A DNA stretch of 39,918 nt from an uncultured Saprospiraceae bacterium (GTDB taxonomy: Bacteria; Bacteroidota; Bacteroidia; Chitinophagales; Saprospiraceae): the NCBI GenBank assembly GCA_937930815.1, contig CALHBQ010000103.1:1-39918 (forward strand), in the 5' to 3' direction. The position numbers and the translations under genes were made by a program. This document shows positions 8,872 to 15,442 of the stretch, piece after piece (position 1 is the stretch's first letter; each line of letters opens with the position of its first letter). Below the pieces are notes generated by a model that did not search any database, was not told the origin of the DNA, and saw nothing but the letters and a program-made list of their open reading frames with translations.

Positions 8872-10494
8872 ATGAAAAAATACACATTTACATTTCTTCT
8901 TTTTTTCGCTTTTTCGAATTTTTCCTTTGGACAATCTACTAAAATTGCAACCCAGAAAAAAATCGTTGAAAGCTCAAAAGGCTCTGAAAAAATAAGTGCT
9001 TTAATTCGTCTGTCTGAGTATTTAATGGCAGAGGATTTTCATAGAAAAGCTATCAAACCAGCAAAAGAAGCAAAAAAGTTAGCGATTGATTCAAACCGCA
9101 AAGAACTCGCTGCTATCGCGCTCAATCGCGAAGGAAAGGCAACTTATTCTGGTGGAATTTTAAGAGGCAGAAGAAAAGGTGAAAACCTTTTAAAAGAAAG
9201 TCTTTCCATTCTTCCAAAAGGGAAAAATATAAATTTAAAAATAGAAAATCTGGAATTGCTTGAAAAGTATTCTCGCTTACGCGGAAATGCAATGGATTCT
9301 TATAAATATAAAAAAGAATTGGCAGTAATAAAAGGTTTACCGATGCCAAAACCACCTGAAAACGTCGGAGGAAGATTCAATAAGAAAAGAAAGATGATTG
9401 AAGAAATCAGCGAAGAAAAGGAAGAACTCACGGAGGAAAAAGAGGAGCTAACTGAATCTTTAAAAAGTGTTACGGCAGAAACAAAACAGCTTAAAACACA
9501 ACGTAAACGATTAGACCAAGCGATAACCCAACAGCGTGAAAGAATCAGTACACTTTCCAAATATCAAATGGAGCAAGAAATGGAGCTAATGGAAAAAGCA
9601 CGGCTTTTAGATTCTTTAGAATTTGTGCGTGTTCTGGATAGTTTTAAGTTAAAACAACAAATGGTTGTTTTGAAGGAACAAAACATGGAATTGCGAGAGC
9701 AGTCAATGAAATTGGATTTACAAAAAAGTCAAAGAAACTTTTGGGGTGTCCTTTCTGCGCTTGGTCTTTTGATTGGAATCAGTCTTTGGTCTCGATATCG
9801 AAGCATCAAAAAGCACAGTGATCAATTGGAAGAAAAAAACGAAATTATCGCCAAAGAGCAAGAACGTTCTGATGAATTACTATTAAATATCTTACCTCAA
9901 AAAGTCGCTGAAGAATTGAAAGAAAATGGCGTTGCCAAAGCCAGAAAATACGATTTGGCGACCGTACTTTTTACAGATTTTGTTGGATTCAGTAAAAGTG
10001 CGAGCGAAATGGCACCTGAAGTCTTAGTTTATGAGTTAGATTTTTATTTCAAAAAATTTGATGAGATCATCACAAAATACGGTTTAGAAAAAATTAAAAC
10101 CATCGGTGATTCCTACATGTGCGCAGGCGGATTACCCAATCGAAGCGCCAATCATCCGTTCAAAGTGATGAGTGCGGCTATCGAGATTCAGAAATTTATG
10201 AATCAATGGAAAGACCACAAAAAAGCAAAAGGCGAAGTGTTCTTTGAGGCAAGAATTGGTATTCACTCAGGGCCAATTGTAGCGGGTGTGGTGGGCAAGA
10301 AAAAATATGCATATGACATTTGGGGAAACACCGTAAATATCGCTTCTCGCCTTGAAAGCGCTTGCGAACCAGGACAGATCAATATTTCGAAAAAGACTTA
10401 TGATTTGGTAAAAAGTAAATTTGAGGCAGAAACGAGAGGTAAAATAGATGCCAAAAATATAGGAGAGATTGAGATGTTTTATTTGAAAGGATAA
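8872..10494 (+). CDS. membrane-anchored class III adenylate/guanylate cyclase with N-terminal extracytoplasmic and coiled-coil region
   Basis: Signal peptide MKKYTFTFLLFFAFSNFSFGQ, a long charged coiled-coil (EEKEELTEEKEELTE...) and a TM segment FWGVLSALGLLIGISLWS. Cyclase motifs: ATVLFTDFVGFS, KTIGDSYMCAGGLP, RIGIHSGPIVAGVVG, YDIWGNTVNIASRLES. Confidence 0.85.
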   Translation: MKKYTFTFLLFFAFSNFSFGQSTKIATQKKIVESSKGSEKISALIRLSEYLMAEDFHRKAIKPAKEAKKLAIDSNRKELAAIALNREGKATYSGGILRGRRKGENLLKESLSILPKGKNINLKIENLELLEKYSRLRGNAMDSYKYKKELAVIKGLPMPKPPENVGGRFNKKRKMIEEISEEKEELTEEKEELTESLKSVTAETKQLKTQRKRLDQAITQQRERISTLSKYQMEQEMELMEKARLLDSLEFVRVLDSFKLKQQMVVLKEQNMELREQSMKLDLQKSQRNFWGVLSALGLLIGISLWSRYRSIKKHSDQLEEKNEIIAKEQERSDELLLNILPQKVAEELKENGVAKARKYDLATVLFTDFVGFSKSASEMAPEVLVYELDFYFKKFDEIITKYGLEKIKTIGDSYMCAGGLPNRSANHPFKVMSAAIEIQKFMNQWKDHKKAKGEVFFEARIGIHSGPIVAGVVGKKKYAYDIWGNTVNIASRLESACEPGQINISKKTYDLVKSKFEAETRGKIDAKNIGEIEMFYLKG

Positions 10495-10505
10495 GCACTT
10501 TTTTA

Positions 10506-11597
10506 TCAGCTTTCCTCTAAATCGTTTTCTGCCAACTGAGCTTGCTCTGCAATGACAATCTTTGCAGCCTCTTCCTGTTCCTGTTGTAGTCTCATCTTTT
10601 CTTTCAAATCAAGATTGGAGGCTATGCTTGCGTTTAATTCAAAGCCAATCAACAAAGCCAAAGCATTTAATTGAATCAAAAGCATCAATGCCATAATGGC
10701 TCCAATTGGGCCGTAGAGCCGATTGTAAGACCCGTAAGTATTGACATAAAAAGAGAAGGCGATAGAGACAATTATTGACAATACAGTCGCCACCGTGGTT
10801 CCAGGTGAAAATATTGAGATCTTACGGTTTAATGCCGCTCCATATCGGTAAAGTAATCCGATGGCTAAGTAAACCAAGGCAATTACTGCAACCCATCTTA
10901 TCAGAAATAATCCAAAAGTTTGGACTTGTTCTATCTCTGTGTAGCCACCGACCCAAAAGATGATTTTCTCTCCTATTACAATGAAAATAATAGAGGCAAT
11001 CGCTAAAAAACCAATAAAAAAAGTGAGCAATAAAGCGAAACCATAAGTTTGAATAATGTTTCTTTCTCGAAATCCATCAATATGCGCTTTTTCAAATCCA
11101 CGCATCATGGATATCATTCCATTCGAAGCAAAAAATGCGGCTAAAACAAAACCAAAAGACAAAAGACCGTAATTTGTTTGCGTGGCCAATTGTTTAATCG
11201 TTTCCACCAAATAAGCTCCTATTCCTTGCGCTACCCCTTTCGAATCTTCGACAGAAGGCAGCATGCTAGTGATTTGAAGCTCCATAATATGGATAAATTC
11301 CTCAACTGTTATTTGATAGAAATTAGATAGGATGTACTGAGAAATAAACGGAATCAAAGTAAACAAAACGATGATAGAAGGAAACAGAGCGAGAAAAAAA
11401 CTAAAAGCAATCGAATTTGCTCTGGTAAACAAATCGTTTCTTTTCAACTCGTTTATTACAAAAATAACTACATCGAAAATAGGAACATCATCGAACCCAG
11501 GGAATGAGTTGACTTTTGTCCAATCAATGATCTCTCTGACCAGAGGCAATTGCCAAAAAAGATTGGGTAGATTATTTAATCTTTTTAAAAATTTCAA
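10506..11597 (-). CDS. YihY/BrkB-family integral membrane protein
   Basis: 363 aa with about six hydrophobic helices and a charged C-terminal tail. N-terminal region and FSFFLALFPSIIVL segment resemble the YihY/virulence factor BrkB family. TTG start overlaps the upstream stop (TTGA), suggesting translational coupling. Confidence 0.7.
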   Translation of the reverse strand: MKFLKRLNNLPNLFWQLPLVREIIDWTKVNSFPGFDDVPIFDVVIFVINELKRNDLFTRANSIAFSFFLALFPSIIVLFTLIPFISQYILSNFYQITVEEFIHIMELQITSMLPSVEDSKGVAQGIGAYLVETIKQLATQTNYGLLSFGFVLAAFFASNGMISMMRGFEKAHIDGFRERNIIQTYGFALLLTFFIGFLAIASIIFIVIGEKIIFWVGGYTEIEQVQTFGLFLIRWVAVIALVYLAIGLLYRYGAALNRKISIFSPGTTVATVLSIIVSIAFSFYVNTYGSYNRLYGPIGAIMALMLLIQLNALALLIGFELNASIASNLDLKEKMRLQQEQEEAAKIVIAEQAQLAENDLEES

Positions 11598-12001
11598 TTT
11601 TTCGGTTGTAGTGTATCGAATAAAATTTTGGGAGTCGGTATAGATTTTTTGGTTTTAGCATCGATAAAAGTCAATTTTATTTTTGCACCATTAACCAATT
11701 TACCTGCTTCATTAAATATTTCAACATAAAAATAAATATCTTTTTCTGAAAGGTCTTTGAGGTAGGTTTTAATGGTCAATAATTCATCATATGCCGCTGG
11801 ACGAAGGTATCTCACCTCCATGTTCTTAACCGGCATCATGACTCCATAATCAGTCTCAAGCGACTTGTAAGTCATGCCCATAGATCTCAAAAATTCAACT
11901 CTTCCTATTTCATAATACTGGGCATAATTTCCATAATACAAATAGCCCATCTGGTCAGTCTCACCATATCGTACCCGTTTTTGAAATTCGTGTGATAACA
12001 T
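11594..12001 (-). CDS. acyl-CoA thioesterase, 4HBT/YbgC-like hotdog fold
   Basis: 135 aa. RVRYGETDQMGYLYYGNYAQYYEIGRVEFLR matches the YbgC/4HBT N-terminal catalytic Asp motif. Confidence 0.8.
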   Translation of the reverse strand: MLSHEFQKRVRYGETDQMGYLYYGNYAQYYEIGRVEFLRSMGMTYKSLETDYGVMMPVKNMEVRYLRPAAYDELLTIKTYLKDLSEKDIYFYVEIFNEAGKLVNGAKIKLTFIDAKTKKSIPTPKILFDTLQPKN

Positions 12002-12078
12002 GGATTAGTTGATTAGTTGAAATAAAAAGTAAGTAGCTATAAATTTAATCATTTCTTCATTCAATCATTTATTCAGTA

Positions 12079-12888
12079 CTACCAAACTTGCCATGGCTTC
12101 CACCTTAGCGGAACCAATTTCCAATGCTGTTTTTCTTTGAAGTCTTTGTTAAAAAAAACGTAGCCGAATTGATAAAGGTCAATTGATTGAGTGACGCGTG
12201 GATCATTTTTGAGTTCCGTCCATGCTTTCGTCATTTCGTCTGACCAATAAATATCATCAAAAACGATAATGGTGTTTTCATTGGACTTTTTCATACAAAG
12301 TTCAAAATAGTCCATCGTCGGCTGATAGCGATGATTGCCATCAATAAAAACCAAATCTAATGATTCGATTTCCTTTAATGCATTTGGTAAAGATTGTCCA
12401 AATTCACCTGTGAACTGCTGAATGTTTTTAGCCTTCGACGTTTGAAAATTATTTTGAGCCACCTTTGCGACATTCGGACACCCCTCTATCGTATAAACTT
12501 TAGAAGCATCATTTGCTTTGGAAAAATAGAGTGTCGAAATTCCTAAGGAAGTGCCTAATTCCAAAATGCTTTTCGGTTGATAAGTCAAAGCAGTTTTGAA
12601 TAGAATTTTGGCGAAATGAACAGCTGTTGCAGAAGTCTTTGCAATTTCACTGATACGCTTTTTCTTTTTGGGCAACACCAAAGAACCTGCTCCGAAATCA
12701 TTGACATCTATCACAGATTTATTTTGCCTTAACTGCTCTCTCAGGGTGACTAAATCGCCGTATGCGTAGAAATTACGCTGGTCTTCCAGTATTTTTCTAC
12801 AAAAATCAAATACGAATGGCGAATGGACACCATGCAGCGTATTTGCAGAGAAATAAAACTTTAGAAATTGGAAAATCCGTTTAATCAA
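12079..12888 (-). CDS. class I SAM-dependent methyltransferase (O-methyltransferase-like)
   Basis: Motif I ILELGTSLGISTLY, then VFIDGNHRYQPT and IVFDDIYWSDEM, typical of the O-methyltransferase family 3-like fold. TTG start; no in-frame ATG, GTG or TTG between it and the upstream stop at 12973-12975. Confidence 0.75.
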   Translation of the reverse strand: MIKRIFQFLKFYFSANTLHGVHSPFVFDFCRKILEDQRNFYAYGDLVTLREQLRQNKSVIDVNDFGAGSLVLPKKKKRISEIAKTSATAVHFAKILFKTALTYQPKSILELGTSLGISTLYFSKANDASKVYTIEGCPNVAKVAQNNFQTSKAKNIQQFTGEFGQSLPNALKEIESLDLVFIDGNHRYQPTMDYFELCMKKSNENTIIVFDDIYWSDEMTKAWTELKNDPRVTQSIDLYQFGYVFFNKDFKEKQHWKLVPLRWKPWQVW

Positions 12889-12933
12889 GGTGGTTGTATG
12901 TTTGATTGAAGTGCAAAGAAAAGAAATGATGGC

Positions 12934-12965
12934 AAAAAAATTCCCGTTTCGAGTGGAAACGGGAA
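12934..12965 (-). terminator. orphan rho-independent terminator reading on the minus strand
   Basis: Perfect 10-bp stem TTCCCGTTTC (12941-12950) / GAAACGGGAA (12956-12965) with a 5-nt loop. The A7 run at 12934-12940 on the plus strand is a U7 tail on the minus strand. No ORF lies upstream of it on the minus strand. It sits 46 nt upstream of the methyltransferase start. Confidence 0.7.
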
Positions 12966-13052
12966 AAGAGAATCAAACATCACGCATTAAATAAGAAGAG
13001 TTAGTCTTTGTTTTTTGTTCAAATTTTTAAAATCAAAAATATTTTTTTTGGC

Positions 13053-13113
13053 TTTTGGAATAAAAAATTTAGGGGGCAGAGCTGGTATCTTTAGGAATTT
13101 GCAGATAAAAAAA
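13053..13113. repeat. intergenic repeat family A, copy 1
   Basis: TTTTGGAATAAAAAATTTA-GGGGGCAGAGCTGGTATCTTTAGGAAT-TTGCAGATAAAAAAA; core at 13072-13098. Confidence 0.85.
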
Positions 13114-13114
13114 G

Positions 13115-13138
13115 TAGTGTTTGTCTTTTGATTTGGAA
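13115..13138. repeat. intergenic repeat family B, copy 1 (TAGTGTTTGTCTTTTGATTTGGAA)
   Basis: 22/24 identical to 13408-13431. Runs into a coreless second copy of TTTGGAATAAAAAATT (13132-13147). A weaker relative, TAGTCTTTGTTTTTTGTTC, is at 13002-13020. Confidence 0.75.
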
Positions 13139-13206
13139 TAAAAAATTGTTCATAATTTTTGTCTCTTATCCTCTAATCATAATCTCATGAAAAAAATTCT
13201 TGCGGC

Positions 13207-13271
13207 TTTGGAATAAATAAAAAATTCAGGGGGCAGAGCTGGTCTCTTTAGGAATTTTGCAGATAAAAAAA
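13207..13271. repeat. intergenic repeat family A, copy 2
   Basis: TTTGGAATAAATAAAAAATTCA-GGGGGCAGAGCTGGTCTCTTTAGGAAT-TTTGCAGATAAAAAAA; core at 13229-13255. GGGAGGA follows at 13274-13280. Confidence 0.85.
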
Positions 13272-13331
13272 TGGGGAGGATTTTTTCTTTCATTTTAAAA
13301 AACAACATTTAAAATTCAAATTTTTTCAATC

Positions 13332-13390
13332 GGTTTAAAAGAAAAAAATTCGGGGAGCAGAGCTGGTATCTTTAGGAATAATGCAGAAAA
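13332..13390. repeat. intergenic repeat family A, copy 3
   Basis: GGTTTAAAAGAAAAAAATTC-GGGGAGCAGAGCTGGTATCTTTAGGAAT-AATGCAGAAAA; core at 13352-13379. GGGAGGA follows at 13398-13404. Confidence 0.85.
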
Positions 13391-13407
13391 TTAAGAAGGG
13401 AGGAATT

Positions 13408-13431
13408 TAGTGTTTGTTTTTTGCTTTGGAA
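13408..13431. repeat. intergenic repeat family B, copy 2 (TAGTGTTTGTTTTTTGCTTTGGAA)
   Basis: 22/24 identical to 13115-13138. Confidence 0.75.
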
Positions 13432-13521
13432 ATTCTTGTGTTTACTGTGTAAGTTTAATCTGTTAATTGTAAGTTTTGGTAAAATGTAAATGTCAAAAAA
13501 TAAAATCAAGCCTTAATAATG

Positions 13522-13560
13522 ATAAAGGAAAAAAACTTGGGGGGAGAGCTGGTATCTTTA
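13522..13560. repeat. intergenic repeat family A, copy 4 (truncated 3' half)
   Basis: ATAAAGGAAAAAAACTT-GGGGGGAGAGCTGGTATCTTTA; core at 13539-13560. Followed by a perfect 8-bp hairpin GTTTCAAA/TTTGAAAC at 13565-13587 instead of the GGAAT..GCAGA tail. Confidence 0.8.
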
Positions 13561-13926
13561 AACGGTTTCAAATGATAAGTTTGAAACACGTTTGTGTTCT
13601 AAAATAAAAGCAAGGGTAAATGTCAAAAGGGAGAATATCTTGGGTGGGATGAGGTAATTTTATTTTTACCCCGATAAGATGTCACAAAGATAAAGCAAAT
13701 GAAGGTTATGATCCAAATCTCAAAATACTCAAAAATCATGATTTTAGCAATTTTCAATCATTTCAACATAAAGCACTGATTACCAGTAACTTACAATAAG
13801 TTATACAATAATCAATCAATGGTTTACCAATTGATTATCAAACAATTACGCAAACCATAAATAGATAAATTAAAAAAAAAACATTTAATCTTTTACCCAT
13901 AATTGATCGAAATTATATTGATAATT

Positions 13927-13939
13927 TTTGTGTCACAAA
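13927..13939. promoter_or_regulatory. palindrome TTTGTG-T-CACAAA (candidate operator)
   Basis: Perfect 6+1+6 inverted repeat 122 nt upstream of pyrC. The 10-mer TGTCACAAAG (13931-13940) also occurs at 13680-13689. Confidence 0.3.
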
Positions 13940-13990
13940 GTTTTTTTATGTTTTTGAGGACTGAAATTTAGCAAAATTTTCAAATAATTT

Positions 13991-14011
13991 TATATTTGTG
14001 ACATCACAAAT
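13991..14011 (+). promoter_or_regulatory. candidate pyrC promoter -7 box TATATTTG overlapping palindrome ATTTGTGA-CA-TCACAAAT
   Basis: 13991-13998 matches the Bacteroidota TAnnTTTG -7 consensus, but I found no clear TTTG -33 partner. 13994-14011 is a perfect 8+2+8 inverted repeat 50 nt upstream of ATG 14061. Confidence 0.35.
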
Positions 14012-14060
14012 AATAATAAATAAAATTAAAATCATTTAATTTAAAGGCATATCATTAAAA

Positions 14061-15407
14061 ATGAGCAATAAAAACGGAATTTTAATCAAAAACGGCCTTT
14101 TAGTAAATAAAGGAAAGAAAACTGTCAAAGACGTCTTAATCAAGAATGGACGCATCGAAAAAATCGATAATGCGATTTCTGCGAAAGGCAATAAAGTAAT
14201 AGACGCAGAAGGATTAATCGTAATGCCTGGAGTCATTGATGACCAAGTTCACTTCAGAGAACCAGGACTTACCCACAAGGCGAATATCTATACAGAGGCA
14301 AAAGCAGCAGTGGCTGGAGGTACAACTTCGTTTATGGAAATGCCAAACACCAAGCCGCCTGCTGTCACTCAAACCAAGTTGGAAGAAAAATATCAAGTTG
14401 GTGCTAAGACCTCTTTGGCCAATTATTCTTTCTTTATGGGAGCTGCCAATGATAATTTGGAGGAGGTTTTAAAAACCGATCCTAAAACTGTCTGCGGTAT
14501 CAAGGCATTTATGGGTTCGAGTACTGGTAATATGTTGGTAGATAACCCAGTGACCTTGGAGAAGCTCTTTTCAGAATGTCCAATGTTGATTGCAACACAT
14601 TGTGAAGATGAAAATACAGTCAGAACGAATTTGGCTTTATTTAAAGAAAAGTACGGCGAATCAATGCCCATCAAATATCATCCTGAAATCAGAAATGTGG
14701 ATGCCTGTTTGATATCAAGCACTCTGGCTACTGATTTGGCGAAAAAACACAATGCCCGTTTGCACATCCTACATATTTCTACAAAAGAAGAATTGAAGTT
14801 ATTTGGAAATAAAATTCCACTTGCTCAAAAAAGAATCACTTCTGAGGTTTGTGTGCATCATTTATATTTTGATGCGACGCATTATGATAAGATGGGTACA
14901 AAAATCAAATGTAACCCTGCCATCAAAGAACCTTCTCATAAAAAGGAATTATTCAAAGCACTTTTAGATGATAGATTGGATATCATCGCAACAGACCATG
15001 CACCTCATACCATTGAGGAAAAAGCAAACAATTATTTCTCCGCTCCATCTGGCCTTCCTTTAGTACAGCACTCCTTAAATGTCATGCTCGACTTTTACCA
15101 TCAAGGAAAAATCAGTTTGGAAAAGATAGTTGAAAAAATGTGCCATGCCCCAGCTATTTGTTTTGAAATAGAAAAACGTGGGTTCTTAGAGGAAGGTTAT
15201 TGGGCAGACATCGTATTACTTGACCCAAACAAAGAATGGACGGTGACCAAAAGAAATGTAAAATACAAATGTGGTTGGTCACCATTGGAAGGCAAACGAT
15301 TCAAAGGAAAAGTGAATACCACCATCGTCTCTGGTCATATTGCTTACCGAAATGGTCGGTTTTATGAAAACAAAACGGGAGAACGTCTGACATTTGATAG
15401 AGACTAA
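14061..15407 (+). CDS. pyrC: dihydroorotase (long, allantoinase-like class)
   Basis: 448 aa. Amidohydrolase ligand set: DDQVHFREPG, IKAFMG (Lys), ATHCED, ILHIST, ATDHAPH. Overall pattern typical of Bacteroidota PyrC. Confidence 0.85.
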   Translation: MSNKNGILIKNGLLVNKGKKTVKDVLIKNGRIEKIDNAISAKGNKVIDAEGLIVMPGVIDDQVHFREPGLTHKANIYTEAKAAVAGGTTSFMEMPNTKPPAVTQTKLEEKYQVGAKTSLANYSFFMGAANDNLEEVLKTDPKTVCGIKAFMGSSTGNMLVDNPVTLEKLFSECPMLIATHCEDENTVRTNLALFKEKYGESMPIKYHPEIRNVDACLISSTLATDLAKKHNARLHILHISTKEELKLFGNKIPLAQKRITSEVCVHHLYFDATHYDKMGTKIKCNPAIKEPSHKKELFKALLDDRLDIIATDHAPHTIEEKANNYFSAPSGLPLVQHSLNVMLDFYHQGKISLEKIVEKMCHAPAICFEIEKRGFLEEGYWADIVLLDPNKEWTVTKRNVKYKCGWSPLEGKRFKGKVNTTIVSGHIAYRNGRFYENKTGERLTFDRD

Positions 15408-15442
15408 CTGATTTATCCGTTTACTTTGCACAAAACTACTTA

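Noticed and set aside
9412-9456. Tandem duplication EEKEELT-EEKEELT in the cyclase gene.
   Set aside because: A short in-frame duplication inside a charged coiled-coil segment. This is ordinary low-complexity expansion, not a separate feature.
12926-12994. 22-aa plus-strand ORF MMAKKFPFRVETGKENQTSRIK.
   Set aside because: It consists largely of the terminator hairpin read in frame. No supporting features; most likely spurious.
13083-13102. TGGTAT...TTGCA within each repeat resembles a sigma-54 promoter (-24 TGGCAC / -12 TTGC).
   Set aside because: GG and GC are 17 nt apart here instead of the invariant 12 nt, so the geometry is wrong for RpoN.
13072-13560. On the minus strand the family A core translates to a recurring C-terminal peptide (IPKDTSSAP-stop, IPKETSSAP-stop, IPKDTSSAPRIFFF-stop), which suggested tandem small-peptide (RiPP-like) genes.
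   Set aside because: In all four copies the frame hits an upstream stop within about 15-30 codons with no in-frame ATG. The copies differ by 1-nt and 4-nt indels, so the frame is not conserved. The plus-strand frame (GGRAGIFRN...) fails for the same reasons.
13053-13560. Possible degenerate CRISPR array.
   Set aside because: Only four copies, irregular spacing of 123-187 nt, no palindromic repeat structure and no cas genes in the window.
12889-14060. AT-rich repeat-containing gap as a replication origin (oriC or plasmid-type iterons).
   Set aside because: I found no TTATCCACA-type DnaA boxes and there is no dnaA, dnaN or rep gene nearby. An iteron-like protein-binding role remains possible but is not supported as an origin.
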